A stretch of 64,000 nt of DNA from Alphaproteobacteria bacterium (GTDB taxonomy: Bacteria > Pseudomonadota > Alphaproteobacteria > SHVP01): the NCBI GenBank assembly GCA_947473325.1, contig CANJEJ010000004.1, forward strand, positions 4,060 through 68,059, given 5' to 3'. Position 1 is the first letter of the stretch; every line of letters starts with the position of its first letter. Position numbers and translations under genes: made by a program. The notes beneath the pieces were generated by a model, which saw nothing but the letters and a program-made list of their open reading frames with translations, had not been told where the DNA came from and did no database searches. Shown in pieces: positions 18,635 to 27,583 of the stretch.

Positions 18635-19762
18635 CTATTTCCGGCCCACCACCATATAACCCGCGCCGCCAATCACGCTGACGCCCCGGCTCAGGTTCTC
18701 GCTCGTGTAGGCGTGCCGCACCTGGTCGGGACGCCAGCCGGCTTCCACGGCCCATTCCGTCAGATCGGAAGCGCGCATCTTGCTGATGAATGGTTCCGCA
18801 TTGAATTGCGTGTCCCAGTCGGGAACAACGCGTTCCAGGGGCGTCAGGTCGCGGAAAGGCGTGCCGTCGTTGTGCACCATCAAACCACCCGGCTTCAGGA
18901 TGCGGAGGGACTCCGCAAAGATATTGTGCAAGGCCGCGGTCGAGGTTTCGTGGATCATGGCGTGCGAGGCAACGATATCGAAGTGGTTGTCCGGAAAACC
19001 GGTCCGTTCGGCGTCCTGCTGGCTGAAGTGGATGTGCCGGCCCAGGGCCTCTGCACGCGCATGGCCATACCGCAGGCAGGGGGCCGCGACATCGATGCCA
19101 TAAATCTCGGCATCCGGGTATTCGTCCACCCAGGCGACCGTCGACTGGCCAATCGTACAGCCCATCTCCAGGATGCGCCTGGGCTTGAGCTGCGGGTGGC
19201 TTCGCTTCACCCACTGCGCCACGTCCTTCCCCAGCCTGTCCATCACGGGTCCTAGCAACCCGGCGGTGTTGAGGTAGGTGGTGCGATCATATTCGGCGCC
19301 GGCAAAAACGTCGTCGGCCGTGAGCTCCGTGTGATAGCCACCCGGCTTGCAGTGAATCTCGATCTCCGTGTTGTAGCGCGGGGCCTTCACATCGGGGGCA
19401 AGCTGCAGGGATCCGATCTTGCGATTGGAGGACCGGTACTTCCTGGCCTTTTCGATCAGGTCCGGCAATTGCCTCTCGACCGCGGGACCGACCGCTTCGC
19501 AGGTGAATTCGCGTGCGATGCGGCGCAGGCTTGACCACATCTGGCCATAGGGGTGCTTCAGGATGCGGCGGCGCTGCTCCACAACCTGCTTCAGGGACGC
19601 CGGCGTGCCCTCGGTGTCGCAGAGCGGCTTGAGCCCGCCCTGGAGCCGAAAGTTGATGTCCTGAATGTAGCTCTGCACGAACAGCTGATAGGCAAGCTCG
19701 TCGTGGTTCACGTCCATCATCATGTCGTGCTGGTGCTGGCCGGCGATGGATCCAGTCTTCAT
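18635..19762 (-). CDS. class I SAM-dependent methyltransferase, paralog 3
   Basis: Trimmed to the ATG at 19762, which has a GAGGTG SD. It shares MWSSLRR, KIGSLQL, EIEIH.KPGGYH, ILEMGCTIGQST, LRYGHARAEALG and HFSQQDAE with paralogs 1 and 2. Confidence 0.75.
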   Translation of the reverse strand: MKTGSIAGQHQHDMMMDVNHDELAYQLFVQSYIQDINFRLQGGLKPLCDTEGTPASLKQVVEQRRRILKHPYGQMWSSLRRIAREFTCEAVGPAVERQLPDLIEKARKYRSSNRKIGSLQLAPDVKAPRYNTEIEIHCKPGGYHTELTADDVFAGAEYDRTTYLNTAGLLGPVMDRLGKDVAQWVKRSHPQLKPRRILEMGCTIGQSTVAWVDEYPDAEIYGIDVAAPCLRYGHARAEALGRHIHFSQQDAERTGFPDNHFDIVASHAMIHETSTAALHNIFAESLRILKPGGLMVHNDGTPFRDLTPLERVVPDWDTQFNAEPFISKMRASDLTEWAVEAGWRPDQVRHAYTSENLSRGVSVIGGAGYMVVGRK

Positions 19763-19895
19763 GGGGACACCTCGATCTGGCAGGAATTGGCCAAGTATCG
19801 GCCAGCTTCTGAACTCAGGCAATGTTGTCGCTTAGGGTATATGGTCCCCGGTGCCCGGGAGTGCGGGCAGCTGAACACCGCGGGTATGTTGCACC

Positions 19896-20348
19896 ATGAG
19901 CCATCGCCTTGCCCTGATTGTGTTCGTCGTGCTTGTTGTCGGTGGCGGCCTCGTCATCGGCTATCTGACAGCGCCGGGCGACTGGTACGCCGCCCTCGAG
20001 AAGCCCTCGTTCAATCCGCCGAGCTGGGTGTTCGCGCCGGCCTGGACCCTGCTCTATGTCGCCATCGCCATCGCGGGCTGGAGAGCCTGGAAGAGCGACA
20101 GCCCCCGATGGCCCATGAGACTTTGGTGGACTCAGCTCGCTCTGAACTTCCTCTGGTCACCCGTGTTTTTCGCCGCCCATCGGATCGGGCTCGCGCTGCT
20201 CGTCATCAGCTTGCTGCTCGCCACCATCCTTGCGTTCATCGCCGTGTCCTGGCGGCAGGATCGCGTTGCGGCCTGGCTGTTTGCGCCCTATGCCGCGTGG
20301 GTATCCTTCGCCTCGCTGCTGAACGCATCAATCCTAGCGCTGAACTGA
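19896..20348 (+). CDS. tspO: TspO/MBR family tryptophan-rich sensory protein
   Basis: 150 aa with 5 TM helices and a W-rich sequence (WYAALEKPSFNPPSWVFAPAWTLLY...). Confidence 0.85.
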   Translation: MSHRLALIVFVVLVVGGGLVIGYLTAPGDWYAALEKPSFNPPSWVFAPAWTLLYVAIAIAGWRAWKSDSPRWPMRLWWTQLALNFLWSPVFFAAHRIGLALLVISLLLATILAFIAVSWRQDRVAAWLFAPYAAWVSFASLLNASILALN

Positions 20349-20412
20349 GCGGGAGGCTTGGCCCTGCCACGCAACGCCCGCCCGGCTGCCGGCCCATTCC
20401 GCCCGCGAGAGG

Positions 20413-20450
20413 AAAAAGGATGCAGATGAAAAGACATCCGCATCCTCTTC
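20413..20450. terminator. bidirectional terminator-like hairpin between convergent genes
   Basis: AAAAA-ggatgcagatg-aaaaga-catccgcatcc-TCTTCC, with one mismatch in the stem. Confidence 0.4.
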
Positions 20451-20465
20451 CAGAGGGGGTTGCCG

Positions 20466-22010
20466 TCAGCCGTCGATGGACATGGCTTCGTAGTGAATGA
20501 TCTTGTTCCAGTTCTTGTAGCCCTTCACACGCTTGGCGACGCCGGTCACGTCGAAGCCTTCATTCAGCGGCAAGGCCATCGCTTCGTCATGCTGGCGCTG
20601 CATCAGCTCCTGCAGGATGGCGAGGCGCTTCTTCACATCCATTTCCTTCTCCTGTGCCTGGATGAGGGGCGTCAGAGACGGAATGCAGGTGAACGTGTTG
20701 GGAAGGTTGCACCCGTAGACGGAGTAAGGGATCGAGGCGTCCATCATCGGCGAGAAGAACATCGCGAACGACGTCAGATCCCCAGCCCAGCTGTTGCCGT
20801 TGAATCGCTTGGACCTTTCCGCGAACGGCATCACCTGGACGCTGACATTGATCCCGACCCGCTTGAGATCGTCCGCCATGATCTGGAGGATGTCGCTGGC
20901 ACCGCTGGTCACTGCCGTTGTTTCCATCAGTAGCGTCAGTCCGTTCGGGTGGCCGGCATCCGCCAAGAGCTGCCTGGCCTTCGCCGGATCATAGGGATAG
21001 GGCTTTACATTCGGGTTGTAGCCGAAGGTAGAGGGCGTGGCCGGCTGTGCTGCGGCAGGCGCCATGCCTTTCAGATAGTCCTTCGACAATGCCTCGCGGT
21101 TGATTGCGTAGTTGGCGGCCTGGCGGACACGCTTGTCAGAGAACGGTGCCTTTCCGCCCCACTTCTTGGCGAAGTCCTCGGTGAACAAGCCGACGGCGGA
21201 CACGAAGGGCGCGCCTTCGACAGCCGCGACATGGCCCGCCGCGCGAACTGCGGGAACATCGTCGGGGCCAAGATTGAAGGAGACATCGACTTCGTTGGAG
21301 ATGAGGGCTGACAGCCGTGTCGCCGCCTCCGGCACGTTGAGGATGCGCAGGTTTCTGGTCTTGGCCGGACGCCAGCTCTTGCTGAATGCGGTCGCCGTCA
21401 TTTCCTGGTCCGTCCAGGACTGCACCTGGAATGGGCCGGACGTCACGGGTTTCACCGAGAATGCCGCGACCCCCATTTCGGTAAACGCTGCCATGTCCAC
21501 CACATAGAACGCCGCCAGCTTGGGCACGAACAGCGGGTCTGGTTCAGCGGTCACAAACTCCACGGTCTGGGGCCCGATCGCCCGATAACTTGCAAGCTTC
21601 ATGTTGCGCATGATTCCGGCGCCCTTGGCCGGCTCGGAATGCAAGTACTTAAAGGCCTTGACCACGTTGGCGGCATCGTTCATCCGGCCGCTGCCAAATG
21701 CGATATCGCTGCGAAATGTCATGCGCCACGTCGTCGGGTTTACCAGTTCCCAACTTTGCGCGGCGAAGGGCAGGATCTGCGCCTTGTCGTCGATCCGGAC
21801 GAACGAATCGAACACGCCTTCCCACCAATAGTTGTGGGGCCAGATGTACTGAATGCCATAGACGTTTCCGCGTGGCGTCGCCTGCTGATACATCGCGACA
21901 CGAAGCGTCTCCTTCGCCCCGTCCTGGGCATGTGCGACAGACACTGGCAGAAGCGTGCCAAGGCTTGCCATGGCGCCCAACAACCATCCAACCGGTGTAT
22001 TTCTCGTCAT
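20466..22010 (-). CDS. ABC transporter substrate-binding protein, family 5, orphan
   Basis: Trimmed to MTRNTPVGWLLGAMASLGTLLPVSVAHAQ (signal peptide). The fold-typical length is 514 aa. Confidence 0.8.
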   Translation of the reverse strand: MTRNTPVGWLLGAMASLGTLLPVSVAHAQDGAKETLRVAMYQQATPRGNVYGIQYIWPHNYWWEGVFDSFVRIDDKAQILPFAAQSWELVNPTTWRMTFRSDIAFGSGRMNDAANVVKAFKYLHSEPAKGAGIMRNMKLASYRAIGPQTVEFVTAEPDPLFVPKLAAFYVVDMAAFTEMGVAAFSVKPVTSGPFQVQSWTDQEMTATAFSKSWRPAKTRNLRILNVPEAATRLSALISNEVDVSFNLGPDDVPAVRAAGHVAAVEGAPFVSAVGLFTEDFAKKWGGKAPFSDKRVRQAANYAINREALSKDYLKGMAPAAAQPATPSTFGYNPNVKPYPYDPAKARQLLADAGHPNGLTLLMETTAVTSGASDILQIMADDLKRVGINVSVQVMPFAERSKRFNGNSWAGDLTSFAMFFSPMMDASIPYSVYGCNLPNTFTCIPSLTPLIQAQEKEMDVKKRLAILQELMQRQHDEAMALPLNEGFDVTGVAKRVKGYKNWNKIIHYEAMSIDG

Positions 22011-22110
22011 TGCATTCTTTCCTTCCGCCTTCGTTTTTACGTACAAGATGCCTACCGTGTGGGTGTCGATGCGAAACTGCAACGGCGTCTTCAGCTTTGA
22101 TTTCTGGATG

Positions 22111-23526
22111 TCAGAATTGGGCCGCGAGTTCGCGGACGTCGCCTACTTGATCAATTCGCCAGAGTGCCTTCAGGAGCTGGCGGGCTCGGGTCTCCGGCAT
22201 GGACAGCGACGTGGATTCGCAGAACTTTTGTTCGACACTGTCCTTCGACATCGGTCGATCCGCCCCGCCCTCGGTCTCGCCAAGCGTGCATTCCGAGACA
22301 TGGGTTTGGTGGGCAACCCGGACTTCCGCGCTTCCCTTCACATCTGGGCGACGAAATTCCCGGTACGCGACCGTGGCGTCCTTGTCTTCAATGACATGGA
22401 CAGACGCAGCGATGCGCCGGCTCAATGGATCCTGGAGCCTGTCCTGGCTCAGCCATTTTGGTCCCGGCGGGATACCCTGGAGAACCATCGCGGCAGCCCA
22501 TTGCAGGGAGTAAGCGGCCTGCTCCCAGGACTCCGGGTCTGGCTCAAACTGGTGTGGCACGGTGGCCACGCCGGGCACACGCAAGGTTATCGCAGAGACG
22601 GCGTCGGCATCGATGGAGTGCGTCCGAACTAGCTCACGCAGTGCCTGGATTGCGCCCTGTGCCGGACGCGCGCAGGGCCATGGCTTGAGCTCCATCTGTC
22701 TGACGACATGGAAGGGCGTGGGCCCGCCCGTCAAGATCTCCGGGTCGTAGTCCGCCGCATGTTCGTCAACTTCATCCGCCACGCTTGAGAACCCGTGGCT
22801 CACCATGAGGGCCGCCTGGATTCCCGCCCGCGCGTGAAACAGTGGCGTCGCCAGCTCGCCGGGCGTGCCCAGGGGCGAGACACGCTTGCGCCGGAACAAG
22901 GGAGTCGAATTCCCCGGTCGCGACCCGGATCGCGCGCGATGCGGCAGCTCCCAGGCCAGACTGATCGTTCGGGCTGTCTCGTCTGTATCTTGTCCGAGCA
23001 GCCGCGCCGCGATCGCGGCGGCCACGACGCGATGATGCGGCAAGCCATTTTCGACGCGTTGTGCGAAATGGAACCGGCTGCCCAGCACATATCCAAGCAC
23101 AGCGGCGGCGAGCACCGCCCGTCCCGTTGCGCTCACGCGTTGTCCCACGGCCAGGGCTGTGTGGACGCAAAGCGGCCCGAGATGACGGCCCGGGCCGCTT
23201 TCCTCGAAATTCGTCATCCGGCAGTGCTGGCCGTTCACGCCCGCCGCCATTTCGGCCGGGACTCGTGCGCCATCACCAATCAGGACGGCATCCGCGCGAC
23301 CGCCGAGGTCGCGTGCATAGCCAAAGAGCGCCGGTCCGCTCAGCGCCGCACCCATGTAGGTAATTCCGACATGATCAACGAACAGGCCCGTGAAGCTTTC
23401 TATCGCAAACCCGGGAATTGCTTCGACCGGCGTTGTCGCCATCTCGCGCGCCAATTTCCGGGTCAGGGATTCTTGCAATCCAGGGTTCATCGAGACGCCC
23501 ACAATTGACTGGCCGCTACGGAGCAT
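22111..23526 (-). CDS. MmgE/PrpD family protein, paralog 1
   Basis: DHVGITYMGAA, NFEESGPG.H.GPLC.HTALAVGQRV and AAAIAARLLGQD are shared with the paralog at 24371. The start is uncertain. Confidence 0.8.
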   Translation of the reverse strand: MLRSGQSIVGVSMNPGLQESLTRKLAREMATTPVEAIPGFAIESFTGLFVDHVGITYMGAALSGPALFGYARDLGGRADAVLIGDGARVPAEMAAGVNGQHCRMTNFEESGPGRHLGPLCVHTALAVGQRVSATGRAVLAAAVLGYVLGSRFHFAQRVENGLPHHRVVAAAIAARLLGQDTDETARTISLAWELPHRARSGSRPGNSTPLFRRKRVSPLGTPGELATPLFHARAGIQAALMVSHGFSSVADEVDEHAADYDPEILTGGPTPFHVVRQMELKPWPCARPAQGAIQALRELVRTHSIDADAVSAITLRVPGVATVPHQFEPDPESWEQAAYSLQWAAAMVLQGIPPGPKWLSQDRLQDPLSRRIAASVHVIEDKDATVAYREFRRPDVKGSAEVRVAHQTHVSECTLGETEGGADRPMSKDSVEQKFCESTSLSMPETRARQLLKALWRIDQVGDVRELAAQF

Positions 23527-23564
23527 GGTGCAGACGGGACGGTCCCATACCCTTCCGGTCCAGT

Positions 23565-24227
23565 TCAGACTTTCGGCGCGCCCTGTGATTGAATGCCGAG
23601 ATGCGATGGCCGCAACTGCAGCGATGGTCTGCGGATGGCTTGCTCATACCAGACGGCCAGGTGCGGATATCGGGCGCGCCAGTCGAAATCTGCGTCTTCG
23701 GGAACAAGCATCACGCGGCCAAGCGGTTTCCGAAGGTCAAAGAAGTTCAGGCCGCCGGCAAAGCAGACATGGCCGATGTGGAAGTCCCCGGGGGCGAACT
23801 CGCGCGCCGCGCGCTCCATGGCTGGCAGGACATGCAGAATCCGTTCCCGATGACGCGCCATGTCGGGACCGTTCCGTTCTGTCACGGGACGCAGCCCCTG
23901 CACCACGAGCGCTGAGGTGGCATCGAACAGGCCATCCCCCAGGATCATTTGCGCCATGGCTTTCCAGCGCCGCTCATCCTGGGGAAACAGGCGCGGTCCC
24001 TTGCCGAGCGAGTCGAGATATTCGCAACACAGCAGTCCATGGTTCAGGACAAGCCCGTCGTCGAGCACGAGCACTGGATGCCGGCCCAAGGGATTGACCT
24101 TCCAGATGGGCGCATCCCGGTCGATGGGATTCTCTGTTTCGAATTCGAGCAGATCGAGCACGCCGGCTTCCGCCGCGACCACCAGGACCTTGTGAATGTA
24201 GTCCCTGCCACTGAAATAGAGCTTCAT
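23565..24227 (-). CDS. glutathione S-transferase family protein
   Basis: The product begins MKLYFSGRDYIHKVLVVAAEAG and continues HPVLVLDDGLVLNHGLLCCEYL. 220 aa. A 38-nt gap separates it from the downstream PrpD-like gene. Confidence 0.75.
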   Translation of the reverse strand: MKLYFSGRDYIHKVLVVAAEAGVLDLLEFETENPIDRDAPIWKVNPLGRHPVLVLDDGLVLNHGLLCCEYLDSLGKGPRLFPQDERRWKAMAQMILGDGLFDATSALVVQGLRPVTERNGPDMARHRERILHVLPAMERAAREFAPGDFHIGHVCFAGGLNFFDLRKPLGRVMLVPEDADFDWRARYPHLAVWYEQAIRRPSLQLRPSHLGIQSQGAPKV

Positions 24228-24332
24228 GTGCCCGCCATTGCTCCATGCCAGATACCATCTTATTGGAATTTACACTGCTGAAAAGCTTAATTCGGCATAC
24301 CAATCTTCAGCCGGCCCGGTAGGATGAGATGC

Positions 24333-24350
24333 GGAACAAGAACTGGTTCC
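24333..24350. promoter_or_regulatory. inverted repeat GGAAC-N8-GTTCC upstream of the second PrpD-like gene
   Basis: Lies 21 bp upstream of the GTG start at 24371 (AGGAG SD at 24357), in the divergent GST/PrpD promoter region, which is also relatively AT-rich. Confidence 0.3.
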
Positions 24351-24370
24351 GATGAAGCAGGAGTCTCGAA

Positions 24371-25777
24371 GTGGTGTCCCCTACTGGATCTGGCGGCAAC
24401 CCCGATCTCGCGCCCGGCGATCACGTGACCGGGGCGCTCGCGGCAGAGATTGCGAACACGCCGTTCGACTCGATTCCCGCCACCGCCCTGGCGGCGGCCA
24501 AGCGTCTACTGATCGACCACGTCGGGATTACATACATGGGCGCGGCCTTTACGGGTTCGGCGCTGCACGCCTATGCGCGCGAAGTCGGCGGTCGGCCGGA
24601 AGCTGTCCTGATCGGGACTGATCTGCGCGTGCCCGCGGAACTCGCGGCAGGGATCAACGCGCAGGTCTGTCGAAACACGGATTTCGAGGAGACCGGGCCC
24701 GGCACGCATGTCGGGCCGTTGTGCTTACACACCGCGTTGGCCGTCGGGCAGCGCGTGGGTGCATCGGGCAGGGCGGTGCTTGGGGCCATTGCACTTGGCT
24801 ATGCCTTGTGTGCGCGATTTCACTTCGCGCGCGGTTCGGATTGGCCGCGTACCAGCATGGTTCACCACAGAACGGTCGCGGCGGCCATCGCCGCGCGGCT
24901 GCTCGGCCAGGATGCGGAAACGACAGCACGCACGTTGAGCCTCGCTTGGGAGATTCCGCCACGAACCCATCAAGCGGGTGGTGTTGAATTCATGCACAAG
25001 CGGATTTCTCCGCTGGCATTGTCTTCCGGAGTCGGCGCGCCCCTGTTTGGCGCACGTCACGGCGTCCAGGCAGCCGTTATGGCGCAGCTCGGATTCGAAA
25101 GCGTACCCGCTGAAATTGACCATCACCTGAAAGGATACGACCTCGATATTCTGGCCGGTGGCCCGCCCCCCTTTCACCATGTCGATGGACAGATGGAACT
25201 CAAGCCATGGGTTTGCAGCCGCCATTGTCAGTGCGGGATCCAGGCCCTTGCGAATCTGGTTCGAACCCATGCGATCGACGCGCGCGAGGTAAGAGGCTTG
25301 CGTCTGCGCCTTTCCAACATGTACCAGCGCGCCTGGCTGAATGAGCCCGCGCCGCAGTCATACTGGCAGGCGATCTATTCGACGCAGTGGGCTGCCGCCA
25401 TGGTCGTTCAGGGAATCCCGGCCGGACCCAGGTGGGTGACACCGGAACGCCTGGCCGATCCCTTCTCGCGGGACCTGGCGGCCAAGATCGAGATCACGGA
25501 GGATCCCGTAGCCTCCCAGGCCTATTGGGATCTCGACTGGCTGTCGATTCGCGGCACCGCGGAAATTGATGTCGGTGGAAAAACCTATCAGGCGATCTGC
25601 ACCATGCGTGAAACCTGGGGCAGCCCAGGGATGGACATGCCGGATTCCGTCGCCAGGGAGAAGTTTATGGAATGCACATCCATGTCACGGCCGGCGGCGC
25701 CACCGAGCGAACTGTTTGAAGCGCTCGACCGCATAGAGATATGCGGCAACGTGAACGAGATCGCGGCGCTTATGTGA
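24371..25777 (+). CDS. MmgE/PrpD family protein, paralog 2
   Basis: 468 aa. GTG start with an AGGAG SD. Motifs as for paralog 1. Confidence 0.8.
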   Translation: MVSPTGSGGNPDLAPGDHVTGALAAEIANTPFDSIPATALAAAKRLLIDHVGITYMGAAFTGSALHAYAREVGGRPEAVLIGTDLRVPAELAAGINAQVCRNTDFEETGPGTHVGPLCLHTALAVGQRVGASGRAVLGAIALGYALCARFHFARGSDWPRTSMVHHRTVAAAIAARLLGQDAETTARTLSLAWEIPPRTHQAGGVEFMHKRISPLALSSGVGAPLFGARHGVQAAVMAQLGFESVPAEIDHHLKGYDLDILAGGPPPFHHVDGQMELKPWVCSRHCQCGIQALANLVRTHAIDAREVRGLRLRLSNMYQRAWLNEPAPQSYWQAIYSTQWAAAMVVQGIPAGPRWVTPERLADPFSRDLAAKIEITEDPVASQAYWDLDWLSIRGTAEIDVGGKTYQAICTMRETWGSPGMDMPDSVAREKFMECTSMSRPAAPPSELFEALDRIEICGNVNEIAALM

Positions 25778-26114
25778 TGACGAGGGAATCAAGAGGGGAA
25801 CTTGAGGTGGGCGAGCATGGGCCGGACACTCATCCGGCCTTGTTGCGGCCGGATGGCGGGGTGATCGTGACCATAGGGATTGGTTCGACCAAACGATTTC
25901 ACGGCCGTTGAGGTAGCGTCTGCCGGCTCGTTCTGTCAGCACGGATGCGCTGGCGGAGGGGCCGAAACCGACATGAAACACTCTCTGCTCGTCAAATCTG
26001 GCCCCAGATGCACCCTCCGGAAACCGAAGATTCTCTGAGATCAACAGCCTGATCAGATCGCCTGAGAGAATAGCCCCCTATATTACCTCCCAAACGCAAG
26101 CGTAGGGGAACGCC

Positions 26115-26942
26115 ATGGCCATGACCGGAGCCGCCCAGCAGGCACTGACTATCCTTGATACCCGGAGGATGCCCTGGGAGGGGCACATCCTGCACAAGGG
26201 GTCCCTTCGCAAGATCCTGTCCGTCGATCCCGCGACGGGCGGCTATGTCCACCTGCGCTACTTTCCGCCCGGCGCAGCCGATCAGACGGCGCGCGTCTAT
26301 CACAAAACGGTTCGGGAGAGCTTCTTTTTCCTGAGCGGCGATTACCCCTGCTGGGAGTTCACGTCGCCGGCCGATCGCGACGGTCGCATCCTTACCTTCC
26401 GCCAGAACACGTATATGGATCGCCGACCCATGGGCCTGCACGCACGGCCACCGGGAGTGCATTCCGAGACCGGTAGCGAGATGCTGATGTGGTGCTCGCA
26501 TGGCGGCAACTTCGATGCCGACCCAAAGGAAACCATCCGCGTGCCTTTCGAGGCCGACGTCACGATGTTCGGCAACGCCTTCACCGACCCTGCGGTGGTG
26601 GAAACGGACGCCCTTTCCTGGCAACCCCATGCACGGGCCGGTCTCAAAATCAGGTCGGTCGCGGCCAGCTCAGCCAATGGCGCCGGTCCTGTTGCGCTCG
26701 TCTACCTGCCGCCCGGCTTGGTCGAAACGCCCTCCCGGGCGCGGGTCGCGCCTCGCGCCGGCCGGCAGTTCATCTATGTCCTGTGGGGCAGCTTTGGCGT
26801 GCGCGCCAATGGCAAGGAGCAGAAGCTGGGTACGGGCTCCTACATCGAGTGGCTACCGCCCACGGAAATTGCCTTGGGCAGCACTCCGGCCGCGGAGGAG
26901 GGCTGCGTCCTTCTTTGCGTGGGAAACGACCTGAGTGCCTGA
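26115..26942 (+). CDS. hypothetical protein, possible cupin fold
   Basis: 275 aa with coding-like codon usage. The opposite-strand ORF 25992-26630 is judged a shadow. Confidence 0.45.
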   Translation: MAMTGAAQQALTILDTRRMPWEGHILHKGSLRKILSVDPATGGYVHLRYFPPGAADQTARVYHKTVRESFFFLSGDYPCWEFTSPADRDGRILTFRQNTYMDRRPMGLHARPPGVHSETGSEMLMWCSHGGNFDADPKETIRVPFEADVTMFGNAFTDPAVVETDALSWQPHARAGLKIRSVAASSANGAGPVALVYLPPGLVETPSRARVAPRAGRQFIYVLWGSFGVRANGKEQKLGTGSYIEWLPPTEIALGSTPAAEEGCVLLCVGNDLSA

Positions 26943-27327
26943 TCAGTTGATCTCTATCAAGTGAAGCACCCCAGCCGCTGGAGGTGGGGGTAGCGGGCCG
27001 CGATGAGCTGGCACCGTCCATTAGGGGCTACCACTTCAGACGGAGAATGCTAAACGCTCTCTGCCCAAGACATCTTATGCCGGCCGAGCTAGACGGAACG
27101 CGAGCGACATCAGTACCCCAACTCGGATCTTATGGGGACCGTGCTGAAGAAGGAGCAGGTGGCCCGAGGTGCCCGTGCGTGATCTAGCGATGCCCTCCCT
27201 CAAGTCCTTCAGGCTGAGTCTGAATGTTGCTGTCGGGCAATTTGTTATGCGAAAGAATTAGCGATTGGCTGCAATCAGCATGGCTCGCAGCATGGTCAGT
27301 CCCTTCCAACCGATGGCGAATGGGTGA

Positions 27328-27583
27328 TCCGTAGGAAACTGCCTGGTCCTACTTGCCAGTCCGCCACCATACTCACGTCTTTTCTAACAAATCTTCGCAG
27401 CAAATCTACGTTCCCGACATTCCCGGCACTGCTAGCGTATTCGCCTGTTTCGGACAGTCGAACGGGAGGCGGACATGACGGTGCTTGCATCACAGCGTCA
27501 CAAGACGACAAATCTGGTAAGCGCGGCAATTGTTCTCGCAGCCCTCGTCATCAGCACGGCGGCGCAGGCGCAAGGGAAGGTGC
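27328..27583 (+). repeat. copy B of the duplicated block (functional promoter/5' end of the substrate-binding gene)
   Basis: See the feature at 16315-16570. Confidence 0.7.

Noticed and set aside
24352-24621. 89-aa plus-strand ORF starting at the ATG at 24352 just upstream of the second PrpD-like gene
   Set aside because: It lies in a different frame overlapping the PrpD-like gene, which starts at the GTG at 24371 with an AGGAG SD. Its product is Arg-rich and shadow-like.
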